Of a stretch of DNA of 55,952 nucleotides, positions 20,112-28,974 are shown piece by piece. This stretch comes from a virus (lineage: Duplodnaviria > Caudoviricetes). The notes under the pieces were generated by a model. That model was not told the DNA's origin. It saw only the letters and a program-made list of their open reading frames with translations, and did no database searches. The position numbers and the translations under genes were made by a program. The DNA lies in the IMG/VR virus record IMGVR_UViG_3300012346_000267, positions 1-55,952 of that record. One strand, written 5' to 3'. Every line of letters starts with the position of its first letter. Position 1 is the first letter of the stretch.

Positions 20112-20163
20112 TTGATAAGGATTTAATATCCGAAACCACTTATGTATATAAGTGGTCTTAGAC
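20106..20163 (+). ncRNA. Type I hammerhead ribozyme 3 (U3-A8 core variant); predicted cleavage after C20157
   Basis: Stem I GTCTAA/TTAGAC; core TTGATAA; stem II GGAT-TTAAT-ATCC; GAAA; perfect stem III CCACTTAT/ATAAGTGG; GTC triplet. Confidence 0.9.
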
Positions 20164-20191
20164 AATACATATTAATAACAAAGGAGCGTAT

Positions 20192-20506
20192 ATGTCACAA
20201 CCTATATTAAGTAGGGAAAAATTACTTTTAAAAGCCAAGCGGTTTTTAGAATTGAAAGAACTGACTAAACAAATAACAGGCGAGCTGGATTCTATACATG
20301 AGGAGCTATGTATAGTAGCAAAGACCGACTCGGCTAGGACAATATGTTTAGAAGAGGCTGGTAGTAATCATTCTATCCGTATTACTTTAGATACAGCCAT
20401 TAGAAATACTTTCGATAGTGCTAAGTTTAAAGAAGACCACCATGATACATGGTGTCAGTATTTAAAGGGTGGTACAGTTGAAACCTTAAGAGTAGTAAAG
20501 GTATAG
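20192..20506 (+). CDS. Hypothetical phage protein
   Basis: AAAGGAG RBS; N-terminal coiled coil and FDSAKFKEDH...YLK C-terminal motif seen in small phage proteins. Confidence 0.7.
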   Translation: MSQPILSREKLLLKAKRFLELKELTKQITGELDSIHEELCIVAKTDSARTICLEEAGSNHSIRITLDTAIRNTFDSAKFKEDHHDTWCQYLKGGTVETLRVVKV

Positions 20507-20515
20507 GATACATAC

Positions 20516-22063
20516 ATGAGAAAGAAACCAGTAAAAATAATTCGTATTGAAGAGACTCCTATGGGGCATGACATGAAACCAATGGGAGATGCTAAAGAGG
20601 AACAGAAAGATAATTTTTCAGGTAAACTTGAAGCCTTAATTGATTTAGTTCATCGTACTAAAGATTTTAAAATAATGGGGTTTACCTCCTCAGTATTGAA
20701 AAAAGAAATGAATAAAGATGTATTCATTTCTTATATACATAACACTATTAAAAGTGAAGTGGCAGCTAGATACATGTTGACAGAACTAGAACAATATTTA
20801 GGTATACATGGAGACGACCAATCACCTTTGCCTGAAGAGGAAGAGGAAGAGGAAGAGGAAGAGGAAGAGGAAGAGGATAATCAAAAAAAACTGAGAGACT
20901 ACTTAGAGCAGATACCAGCACCAGTACCTCCCAAAGAAACACCTGTACCTGAAGAGGGTGATATATATACTCAGGTTCAAAAGTATTTAGACCTTGAGTT
21001 TGATCCTTCTAAGGACGACCCTATGCAATACATGAAAGATAACTTTATTGCCACAGAGGAAGAATTACAAGCTATACATGATAGGTTAACAAAGTGCGAA
21101 AGGAATATAGCTGACCTTAAACTAATGGACAATAAACTTGAATGTAAAATTACTGGTTTGGAAAGTACAATAACTACTGACCTAGCAAGTATATATGCCA
21201 AGTTGGATGTATTGGCTAAAGGTATTGGTACTGGTGTATCTGGCGAGTATGTAATCAAGTATCCTGAAGGTGATATAAAGAAGATTACCAAAAAACTTCC
21301 GGCATGTTGGACTAAGTTACTTGATTTAGTAACGACTAGAGACAATATATTCCTCGCTGGCCCTACACAATGTGGAAAGACTACCACCGCAGAAATGGTA
21401 GCGGATGCAGTTGGATTGAGATTCAGTTCTCTGTCATGTAGTGAAGGTATGGACGAAAGTTTATTCGCAGGTACATTACTGCCAGTAGGCGAGTTAGGAA
21501 AATTTGAGTATGTACCTAGTACCTTTGTAGACTTCTATGAGAATGGTGGTGTATACTTACTAGATGAATTTTGCGCTAGTGATAGTAACCTATCTATATT
21601 TATTAACAATGCCATAGGGAATGACCACTTCTTTCTTCCCAGAAGATACGCGAACCCCAGAGTGGAAAAGCACAAAGACTTCGTATGTATAGCCGCAGAC
21701 AATACATTAGGTCATGGTGGCGACGATGTATATGTAGGTCGTAACCAATTGGATGCCAGTACATTAGAAAGATTTAGAACTGGCTTTATAGTGATGGACT
21801 ATAATAATGCTATTGAAAAATCAATTAGTGATCCTGAAGTGTATGACTGGTGTATACTGATTCGCAATGCTATACATAAACTAAAACTTAAAAGGCACAT
21901 GACAACTAGAACTATGAAACGATTCACTATAATGAAGAGGGAAAGGAATTGGAATCTAGTTGACATGCAGAGTGTATACTTCGCAGATTGGCAGAAAGAC
22001 GATGTGAAGCGTATACTACAAATTGTCCAGCAAGACATTAGTGCGCAGTTAGGAAAGAAGTAA
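20516..22063 (+). CDS. MoxR/CobS-like AAA+ ATPase with long acidic, coiled-coil N-terminus
   Basis: GPTQCGKT Walker A, GGVYLLDE Walker B, HKDFVCIAADNT, YVGRNQLDASTLERF. Confidence 0.85.
   Translation: MRKKPVKIIRIEETPMGHDMKPMGDAKEEQKDNFSGKLEALIDLVHRTKDFKIMGFTSSVLKKEMNKDVFISYIHNTIKSEVAARYMLTELEQYLGIHGDDQSPLPEEEEEEEEEEEEEEDNQKKLRDYLEQIPAPVPPKETPVPEEGDIYTQVQKYLDLEFDPSKDDPMQYMKDNFIATEEELQAIHDRLTKCERNIADLKLMDNKLECKITGLESTITTDLASIYAKLDVLAKGIGTGVSGEYVIKYPEGDIKKITKKLPACWTKLLDLVTTRDNIFLAGPTQCGKTTTAEMVADAVGLRFSSLSCSEGMDESLFAGTLLPVGELGKFEYVPSTFVDFYENGGVYLLDEFCASDSNLSIFINNAIGNDHFFLPRRYANPRVEKHKDFVCIAADNTLGHGGDDVYVGRNQLDASTLERFRTGFIVMDYNNAIEKSISDPEVYDWCILIRNAIHKLKLKRHMTTRTMKRFTIMKRERNWNLVDMQSVYFADWQKDDVKRILQIVQQDISAQLGKK
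20834..20875 (+). repeat. (GAAGAG)x7 microsatellite encoding a poly-Glu tract
   Basis: Directly visible within the AAA+ gene. Confidence 0.9.
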
Positions 22064-22064
22064 T

Positions 22065-22919
22065 ATGTATCTACAGGAACTACCAAAATTCGATACATTG
22101 ATGCAGTACCATGACGGATTCACATCCGTCGCTAATCTGGAAGCACATCCTAACAACCTTGAAAAGTTTAGGGAAACAACTAACAGGAGCCAAAGGGAAA
22201 TGAAGGACTGGTATGGAGCGAACTCTATACTAGAACTGAGAACTACATGCGAACTGCATGGATGGACAGAAGGCCTCGCAAGAGGCCAACACATACTAGG
22301 TGATATTAAAGCACCTAAGTTACCATCATACAAGCGTAAAAGATGTAAGGGTATGACAGGTCACTCTCTTAACATTACCGCTATATATAATGGCAATTTT
22401 AATAAGGCTTGGAGTACTGCAAAGAAGATACCAACTTCGGACAGGACTAAGAAAGCTGGTAAGGTTAATATTGCAATCAGTATAGATGCCTCATGCGGTA
22501 AATCGGCAGAAACTTTTTTCTGGAGAGGAGCCGTAGGATGTATGCTTGCGAAAGCATTACAAACCAGTGGACGAAATGTAGCTATGTATACAGTGGCTAA
22601 CCAGAGGGATTTATTTGTCAATGGTGAATTTAAATACTCCTTACTCCTTACTAAGATTAAAGACTATGGATACCCATTGGAAATGGAAAGATTATTTTCA
22701 ATGACAGCCTACGCGGGTTTCTATAGGTACTATATGTTTAAGGCCATGTGCGCTTTTGAATACAAGGTAGATGGTGGACTAGGTTATCCTAACCATGTAT
22801 CTTCCGAACTCATTCAGGAAGCGGTACAAGACGACGCTCCTACAATAATAGTGGCGGATATATGGAATGAGAATCAAGCCAAGTCCGCAATCAATACATT
22901 ACTAGAACAATTTAATTGA
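22065..22919 (+). CDS. VWA-like (CobT-like) partner of the AAA+ ATPase
   Basis: NIAISIDASCGKS MIDAS-like strand; directly follows a MoxR/CobS ATPase. Confidence 0.6.
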   Translation: MYLQELPKFDTLMQYHDGFTSVANLEAHPNNLEKFRETTNRSQREMKDWYGANSILELRTTCELHGWTEGLARGQHILGDIKAPKLPSYKRKRCKGMTGHSLNITAIYNGNFNKAWSTAKKIPTSDRTKKAGKVNIAISIDASCGKSAETFFWRGAVGCMLAKALQTSGRNVAMYTVANQRDLFVNGEFKYSLLLTKIKDYGYPLEMERLFSMTAYAGFYRYYMFKAMCAFEYKVDGGLGYPNHVSSELIQEAVQDDAPTIIVADIWNENQAKSAINTLLEQFN

Positions 22920-22926
22920 GGTATAC

Positions 22927-23220
22927 ATGCCAGAGCGAAGAAAGAAACCCGAATCTAATCTACGAATAGATATTAAGCAATGGGCAACCGCAATCGAGAC
23001 AGAACTAATGGTTAGGAATATTGTTAATAATGAGCAAGCCACTCAGGTACTAAACACCATACTTGATATGATAGAGACTAACCTACTATGTAAAGACTGC
23101 GGAAGAGTATTATTAGACGATAACTTTTATAACCAGCAGGCACAATTTGCTAGAAGATACAAAGCACAAATATGTAAAGAGTGTTGGAACAGAGTATACC
23201 AACCCGGAAAAAGGAATTAA
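22927..23220 (+). CDS. Hypothetical zinc-finger protein
   Basis: CKDC...CKEC; GAGGT RBS. Confidence 0.65.
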   Translation: MPERRKKPESNLRIDIKQWATAIETELMVRNIVNNEQATQVLNTILDMIETNLLCKDCGRVLLDDNFYNQQAQFARRYKAQICKECWNRVYQPGKRN

Positions 23221-23221
23221 T

Positions 23222-23398
23222 ATGAGTGGTATACATGGTACTCCTTTGTTGGTGTCTAACTTCAAAAGCCATGTATACCATCTCAGAAAGATAGGGTATT
23301 CATACCAGATTATTAAAGACGGATACGAACTATACATGGACGGTCTGTCTCTCAGGAAAGCAAAACAAATACTTAACAAACTAACAAAGGATAAATAA
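23222..23398 (+). CDS. Hypothetical protein
   Basis: AAGGA RBS before ATG 23222. Confidence 0.5.
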   Translation: MSGIHGTPLLVSNFKSHVYHLRKIGYSYQIIKDGYELYMDGLSLRKAKQILNKLTKDK

Positions 23399-23553
23399 TG
23401 GCAGGATGCTTTGGAAATTCAGATTATGACCGATATGTGGAAGGTCAATTGTATGATTACCTAGATAAGTTTGGAGACAGTGACGACGAGGACTTATGTA
23501 TAGGTGACAGTGAACTAGAAAAAGAAATGAGTAGCGAAGATGAAAATGAGTAG
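23398..23553 (+). CDS. Small acidic hypothetical protein (51 aa)
   Basis: MAGCFGNSDYDRYVEGQLYDYLDKFGDSDDED...; TAATG coupling; not in the ORF track. Confidence 0.55.
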   Translation: MAGCFGNSDYDRYVEGQLYDYLDKFGDSDDEDLCIGDSELEKEMSSEDENE

Positions 23554-23683
23554 TGACGATAAAATAATTTTAGTAGCTGGTATAATGCTATTGGTAATAA
23601 TGACCTTAGTATTTATGTTAGCTACTTACCATATATACTACTATGGTTTTGATTTTAATTGGGAGATTAAACATGCGCGATGA
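23540..23683 (+). CDS. Small membrane protein (47 aa)
   Basis: IILVAGIMLLVIMTLVFMLA TM segment; fills the gap; not in the ORF track. Confidence 0.5.
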   Translation: MKMSSDDKIILVAGIMLLVIMTLVFMLATYHIYYYGFDFNWEIKHAR

Positions 23684-23837
23684 AGAAAATAAAACAAATT
23701 GGGATAACTTACTTCATGCCGTAGTACTAGGCTTAATAGGTATGATATGTTTATTTGGTTATCTAACCTTTGCACCTAAACCAATTATGCCCTCAGAGAA
23801 AGGAGCTGAAAATGAAAAAAATTACATTAGGGAATGA
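23673..23837 (+). CDS. Small membrane protein
   Basis: GGGAG RBS; TM segment LLHAVVLGLIGMICLFGYLTF. Confidence 0.55.
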   Translation: MRDEENKTNWDNLLHAVVLGLIGMICLFGYLTFAPKPIMPSEKGAENEKNYIRE

Positions 23838-24438
23838 AGTATATACATATACAAAATTCTCGGAACTAGAGGAACCTCTAAAGAAATTTAAGATTAGTAT
23901 AGGCAAGAAAACTATAATCGGAAACAATGTCACTATAGGTGTGAATGTTATTATTGGAGAGGATTGCCGTATACTAAACAAAGTATTAATATTTAATAAT
24001 GTTCGTATAGGTCGCAAGACATATATAGGCACTGGAGCAGTATTGATGTCGTACGCTAATATTGAAAACCATGTATCCATATTTCCTGAGGTAGTCATTA
24101 GTTCTACTATTAGAATACCTTCGTATGTACGCATTGAACAAGGACATAGACCTATACAACTTACCTATATTGGTAATGGTTATAAGTACGCCACATGCTC
24201 CTACCAGGATGCACATACTGACGAATGGTATATACAAATGGGCTGTAAGACAAAGACCTTGGCGGAGTGGAAAAACAATTTCTGGGATAATGATGAAGAG
24301 TTTCCTAACAATGACTCTGACCAATCTATAGGTAGAGACTTTGCTTTCAGGAGACACATGGCATGTATAGAGTTAAACATTGAAGAAGAGAAAAAAATTA
24401 ATTGGAGGTGTTATGACAGTAATGAAGAAAGTCTTTAA
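23812..24438 (+). CDS. Left-handed beta-helix (hexapeptide repeat) protein
   Basis: IGKKTI-IGNNVT-IGVNVI-IGEDCR repeats; C-terminal IQMGC...EW motif; AAGGAG RBS. Confidence 0.8.
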   Translation: MKKITLGNEVYTYTKFSELEEPLKKFKISIGKKTIIGNNVTIGVNVIIGEDCRILNKVLIFNNVRIGRKTYIGTGAVLMSYANIENHVSIFPEVVISSTIRIPSYVRIEQGHRPIQLTYIGNGYKYATCSYQDAHTDEWYIQMGCKTKTLAEWKNNFWDNDEEFPNNDSDQSIGRDFAFRRHMACIELNIEEEKKINWRCYDSNEESL

Positions 24439-24796
24439 GATTAAAACTACTGGTAACCATTATTACCATGTAATGGCAAACCGTATGGGAGAGGCAGAAA
24501 AACTTTTTGTTGATTACTATTCTAGTTCTAATATTCAATCAATTGAAATGATAATTGAAAAGTGCTTAAGCAAGACAGATATAATCGTAGAAAAAAAGGA
24601 GGAAACCAACAATGAAGGTTTGTGTAGTATATGGAAGGTGCTATGTAAAATTGCCGATACTAATAAAAATAATAAATGGTTTTCTTTCTACTTTGGTAAT
24701 GATCTATATATCAGTAAATTAAGTTCTACTAATGATAAATGGAACTTACCAGAAAAGTTACCTATAATAGGTATAGAGGAGGAAGGGCAATGTTAG
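24413..24796 (+). CDS. Hypothetical protein
   Basis: GGAGGT RBS before ATG 24413. Confidence 0.55.
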   Translation: MTVMKKVFKIKTTGNHYYHVMANRMGEAEKLFVDYYSSSNIQSIEMIIEKCLSKTDIIVEKKEETNNEGLCSIWKVLCKIADTNKNNKWFSFYFGNDLYISKLSSTNDKWNLPEKLPIIGIEEEGQC

Positions 24797-24996
24797 AATG
24801 TGTAGCTTTCTTGATGTATACATCCTTAGGTGTAGAACAAATACCTTTCGATACTGCATTGGTGTACCACATGCACGCAGTTGAACCTAAACGGTTCATG
24901 AGAAAAGTAGGTAATACTAATGATACCATGGTAGTTTGCATAACTGAAAAATATATAGACACAATAGTTAACAGGAGAGATGTATGGAAGAGATAA
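24790..24996 (+). CDS. Hypothetical protein
   Basis: GGAGG RBS; overlaps the upstream gene end. Confidence 0.5.
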   Translation: MLECVAFLMYTSLGVEQIPFDTALVYHMHAVEPKRFMRKVGNTNDTMVVCITEKYIDTIVNRRDVWKR

Positions 24997-25253
24997 TTGC
25001 ATTAAATGAATACCGTAAAGAGCAAAGGGAAGCACGATTTAAAAGGTTTGAAACAGAGTTATTTCCTAAGCTATACAAGTTAGGAATTATATATAGGCAT
25101 CATAATGATGGTTATGGAGTTTATACTACGAAGTACGGCAGGCTTGATTTTTATCCGAAAGCTGATAAGGTATTGATTAGGGAGAATAATAAATGGATAC
25201 GAGATGGATATAAATTTCTTTCAAAACTAGTAAGGGAGATTGAAAATGTTTGA
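24984..25253 (+). CDS. Hypothetical protein
   Basis: AGGAG RBS; 89 aa. Confidence 0.6.
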   Translation: MEEIIALNEYRKEQREARFKRFETELFPKLYKLGIIYRHHNDGYGVYTTKYGRLDFYPKADKVLIRENNKWIRDGYKFLSKLVREIENV

Positions 25254-25328
25254 TAATTTAAAAAGTGGGGACGAAAAAGAAATCATTAAATTTGCTGAAC
25301 AGCTAATTATACAAAACATGGTGGTGTA

Positions 25329-25802
25329 ATGAGTAAGATATTTTGGAATGGAGTTGATAAGGACGATATACACGGCAAATGGGTTGATATACCAGAGCAC
25401 ATTAAAGATCAGGATGAAGAACTTAAGTATATACTCTATGCAAGGCTAAAGCACAAAGCTAAATTAGCGTCAGGATATTACAACAAAAAAGGAAATTTTA
25501 TGGATTGGTTATTAAGTAAAAGTGTAAATATTATTTTATGGGCAATAATAGTTTTAGTGGTGTTTAGTGTTCTGGTGTTTAGTATTGATGTATATAATAA
25601 CACAATAGGAAAGCCTGAACCTAAAATTGGTGATGTATGGATAAGTGCTGATAGTACTGATCCTTTCAAGCCTATTAATTGGGACACTATCATAGTGCTA
25701 GATACATCCAGAGGATACGCCAAAGTCAATTGGAACGGAAGAATCACATCCATGCGCTTTGATTTAGTAACGCATAGAGCAAAAGTGATAAATGGCAATT
25801 AA
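25329..25802 (+). CDS. Hypothetical membrane protein, possibly with an internal start at 25500
   Basis: Central TM segment IILWAIIVLVVFSVLVFSI; AAAGGA precedes the in-frame ATG at 25500. Confidence 0.55.
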   Translation: MSKIFWNGVDKDDIHGKWVDIPEHIKDQDEELKYILYARLKHKAKLASGYYNKKGNFMDWLLSKSVNIILWAIIVLVVFSVLVFSIDVYNNTIGKPEPKIGDVWISADSTDPFKPINWDTIIVLDTSRGYAKVNWNGRITSMRFDLVTHRAKVINGN

Positions 25803-26043
25803 AATTATTGATGCTAGAATTAATACAATATCGTGCTATATATACACAATATTCACATACTGTCCGGATATAGCTTGGGACAAAATTACTGATAGTTGTC
25901 ATGTATACTTAATTACCCCTCACGGACTTAATAAGAATAAATACGAAATATATAACTATGGTATTTTTATGGAGTTAGAAACTTTCAATACATTGGAAGA
26001 AGCTGAAAAAAGAATTGAATGGTATTTAAATTTAGAAAGGTAA
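25792..26043 (+). CDS. Hypothetical protein
   Basis: C-terminal FNTLEEAEK motif common in small phage proteins. Confidence 0.55.
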   Translation: MAIKIIDARINTISCYIYTIFTYCPDIAWDKITDSCHVYLITPHGLNKNKYEIYNYGIFMELETFNTLEEAEKRIEWYLNLER

Positions 26044-26049
26044 AAGAAA

Positions 26050-26277
26050 ATGACATTAAAAGAATTCATAGCAAACTTGAATAAGTTTGTAGAAGAAAAT
26101 CCAGATACATTGGACATGGAAGTAATAACAAGTAAGGACGATGAAGGTAATGGATATAATCCAGTATCCTATACACCCACAAAAGGTATATACGAGGATG
26201 GAGAGTTCTCCTCTTCAGAGAATTACGAAGAAGATGAAAAAGACGAAACTATAACCAACGCAGTGTGCGTTAACTAA
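26050..26277 (+). CDS. Hypothetical acidic protein
   Basis: MTLKEFIANL...SKDDEGNGY motif common in phage hypotheticals. Confidence 0.65.
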   Translation: MTLKEFIANLNKFVEENPDTLDMEVITSKDDEGNGYNPVSYTPTKGIYEDGEFSSSENYEEDEKDETITNAVCVN

Positions 26278-26283
26278 GAAAGG

Positions 26284-26463
26284 ATGTATGTATGCGCCGT
26301 AAAAAAAATAATAGTAAAACCAATAGTGCTTACAGAGCAGGAGAAGGAAGATATTATAAGCTGGTGTGACGAAGGCATTGAAATATGTTTTGAGTATAGG
26401 TGTGACGAGAGAGTTGGTACTCGATTTTTAAAGATTCTTGAAAAAATAAAAGGAGTAAAATAA
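26284..26463 (+). CDS. Small hypothetical protein (59 aa)
   Basis: Open frame filling the gap between neighbours; not in the ORF track. Confidence 0.45.
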   Translation: MYVCAVKKIIVKPIVLTEQEKEDIISWCDEGIEICFEYRCDERVGTRFLKILEKIKGVK

Positions 26464-26464
26464 A

Positions 26465-26923
26465 ATGAAAGAGTTAATACTAGAGGCACTACATGAAGCA
26501 TACGAATGTATGGAGAAGCAAGTGCCTCAGACTAAAACTGAAACTAAGTTTCAACCTATAGAAGGTATTAGGGTAACTGAGTTGGCTGGTATTATTAGGG
26601 AACACAATATTCCGGAGCATGCCGAGTTTGTTGCGGTATGGGACGATAATATAGGAGGTGAAGAAGCTGGATTGAGGTGGTATATAGATGTACCTACTAC
26701 TGACCTTGATAAATTAAACTTCAGAAAAGTAAGGTTTAGCAATATTGCTTTTAAGTATGTATACGACAAACTTATTGCCAATGGCTATAAAAGGATTGGT
26801 GTTTGGTCACATGAGTTAAAAAAGTATTTTAGGGAAGACTTTTATAATAAGTATTATGCTAAGGAGTATGACTATTTAGTAGAATACTATTCATTATATT
26901 TTACAAAGAAGGAAGAGGTATAG
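26465..26923 (+). CDS. Hypothetical protein
   Basis: AAAGGAG RBS; 152 aa. Confidence 0.65.
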   Translation: MKELILEALHEAYECMEKQVPQTKTETKFQPIEGIRVTELAGIIREHNIPEHAEFVAVWDDNIGGEEAGLRWYIDVPTTDLDKLNFRKVRFSNIAFKYVYDKLIANGYKRIGVWSHELKKYFREDFYNKYYAKEYDYLVEYYSLYFTKKEEV

Positions 26924-26924
26924 A

Positions 26925-27347
26925 ATGGAATACAAAATAGGGGATAAAGTAATTTTCAAGGATAGGTATCGGATAGAAGAGATACTTAAGGAAACTTTAT
27001 TATTACGAAATATTGATACCAATACAAAAATATGGGCAGATATGACTGAAGTAATTCCGTATACTGAGCCAGTACCACTAAACGAACTGCAACAGGCTTT
27101 TAATCATATATATGAATGGAATAGGGATAATGGAGCATCATGGCATTATACGTATAGTCACTTATATATTCCACCTATTCCTATTCCAGAAAAAGGGACT
27201 CCGATAGAGGTATTCATTAATGATGTATACTACATAGTCTACTCTTCAGGTGTATATGAGAACGGGGTATTAAAAGCCTACCGAGAAAAAAATCTTTATG
27301 ATAAGTATAATGGATACTTGGAAGCTAAAACATGGAGAGTACTATAA
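26925..27347 (+). CDS. Hypothetical protein with SH3-like YKIGDKV N-terminus
   Basis: GAGGT RBS; 140 aa. Confidence 0.6.
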   Translation: MEYKIGDKVIFKDRYRIEEILKETLLLRNIDTNTKIWADMTEVIPYTEPVPLNELQQAFNHIYEWNRDNGASWHYTYSHLYIPPIPIPEKGTPIEVFINDVYYIVYSSGVYENGVLKAYREKNLYDKYNGYLEAKTWRVL

Positions 27348-27667
27348 TGAAAAAAGAAATAGAAAAGATATTTCAAGAGGATGTATATCAACTTCTTAAA
27401 AGTCTAAATGTATCTGATAAAGAAATAGCCAGAATGAGGCATGACAAGTTGAATGAACATGTACTGGCTATATTGGAGCAAGTTGTAGAGCATGTAGAGA
27501 ACATGAACTATACTAAAGTTAAGAAGCATGCAATATACTCACCTGCTGGTGACGAGGCTGGAAGTGATAATTACTTCATAAACTTCGGCGGGTGTAGTAC
27601 CGAAGAATACATGGATATATCGGAAGTATGTGACCAACTAGAAATGTTAAAGGAGGAGATGAAATGA
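27347..27667 (+). CDS. Hypothetical protein
   Basis: TAATG coupling; GGAG RBS. Confidence 0.6.
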   Translation: MKKEIEKIFQEDVYQLLKSLNVSDKEIARMRHDKLNEHVLAILEQVVEHVENMNYTKVKKHAIYSPAGDEAGSDNYFINFGGCSTEEYMDISEVCDQLEMLKEEMK

Positions 27668-27939
27668 ATAAGGTATACATATTAATAGTGGCCTACTTTG
27701 CCAAAGGTATTTGGTTAGTGGTTTGGTTACTACTATTCTTTTTATTGTTCGGATGTATATCTACAAAGCCAAAGGGTGATGTAGAACTAATTTATGTACT
27801 GGACAAGAAACCTACTCTAGTTGATACAGTAGGTATTGACAGTGCTGGAGTGGTACATCTTAAATTTAATGTAGCTTTTTGCTTTCACGCTTTTAATGGT
27901 GAAGTGTATAGCTATCCTTGTGAAGCTGGAGGTAAGTAG
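27664..27939 (+). CDS. Putative lipoprotein
   Basis: Long hydrophobic N-terminus ending in the lipobox-like LFGC. Confidence 0.5.
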   Translation: MNKVYILIVAYFAKGIWLVVWLLLFFLLFGCISTKPKGDVELIYVLDKKPTLVDTVGIDSAGVVHLKFNVAFCFHAFNGEVYSYPCEAGGK

Positions 27940-27940
27940 T

Positions 27941-28183
27941 ATGGAAAAAATTATTCCAATACTAATGTTGATAATGGTGACAATGTCATCCTTGTATGTA
28001 ATGTACAAAATACATAAAGAAAGTAAACCTAAAATGAATTACAAAGTTACCTCAGAAAATGACTGCCTTGTTATATATAGTAATAAGAGTGGGAACACAT
28101 GTATCATTCACAGAGATAAACTATTTCTCTTAGCTAAGAATGGTGACTTAAATGTATACTCTTTAACAACAAAGGAGATTTAA
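27941..28183 (+). CDS. Small membrane-anchored protein
   Basis: GGAGGT RBS; IIPILMLIMVTMSSLYVMY. Confidence 0.55.
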   Translation: MEKIIPILMLIMVTMSSLYVMYKIHKESKPKMNYKVTSENDCLVIYSNKSGNTCIIHRDKLFLLAKNGDLNVYSLTTKEI

Positions 28184-28184
28184 A

Positions 28185-28532
28185 ATGGAAAATCATTACG
28201 GTAATACATACATACAATGCCCTCACTGCAATCATATTGAAACTGCCAGTTGGGAGTTTGAAAGGGACGAAGGTGAATGGGACTGCGGTAACTGCGAAAA
28301 ATCTTTTAATGTAAAGAGAGAGGTTCAATACACATACAACTCCGAAGTGATAGAGTGCCAAGAGAAAAAAGAAGAGCATACCTATACTGTATCTTTTAAG
28401 TACATACAAAAAGTACTACCTGAAGAGTCGATATACAAGGTATATTACGAATGCACAAAGTGCCTTCATAGTTATTCAGAAGTAATAACTAAAGAACAAT
28501 ATGAACAATTAACCATTGAGGAGCTGAAGTAA
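28185..28532 (+). CDS. Zinc-ribbon protein
   Basis: CPHC...CGNC plus further C/H residues; AAGGAG RBS. Confidence 0.7.
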   Translation: MENHYGNTYIQCPHCNHIETASWEFERDEGEWDCGNCEKSFNVKREVQYTYNSEVIECQEKKEEHTYTVSFKYIQKVLPEESIYKVYYECTKCLHSYSEVITKEQYEQLTIEELK

Positions 28533-28729
28533 TGTATATACATAATGGAACTGAATACATGCTATTAAAAGAAAAAGATGGGCTATCTATACTAATAGAC
28601 ACTGACACCGTTACTAACTTATTAATATTAAATAGTGATGGTGTTGTGGTGCTTAGTATAGGTGTAGAATGTGTTGGTGGTAGTTGGTCATTTAACATTG
28701 AAGGGATGGTTAAAGATGAAATACATTAA
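28532..28729 (+). CDS. Hypothetical protein
   Basis: TAATG coupling; GAGGAG RBS. Confidence 0.5.
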   Translation: MYIHNGTEYMLLKEKDGLSILIDTDTVTNLLILNSDGVVVLSIGVECVGGSWSFNIEGMVKDEIH

Positions 28730-28964
28730 TAGTTTGGAAAGTGCATTTAACATTGCTGATGTTAATATGTATACTGTATCAAAGGTATACTCAAAAAAGA
28801 AATATCTCGGCATTGTTACTGAGAATGGATTTCTAACAATAAAGATATATTTTAAATCTGGAGGGTTCTTAGAAAGAACATTTCCAAACATGCCGGACAA
28901 GGCAATAAATAGTAAACTGAATGAAATAAAAAAAGAATTTATGGCCAAAGGCATCAACACATAG
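28716..28964 (+). CDS. Hypothetical protein
   Basis: Overlapping start; co-oriented with neighbours. Confidence 0.5.
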   Translation: MKYINSLESAFNIADVNMYTVSKVYSKKKYLGIVTENGFLTIKIYFKSGGFLERTFPNMPDKAINSKLNEIKKEFMAKGINT

Positions 28965-28974
28965 AAAGGTATAT

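Noticed and set aside
19067-20163. The thrice-repeated ~33-nt sequence as a CRISPR repeat or a phage promoter/operator
   Set aside because: Copies are ~500 nt apart and separated by genes; the variable part covaries as an RNA stem and the invariant parts match the hammerhead core
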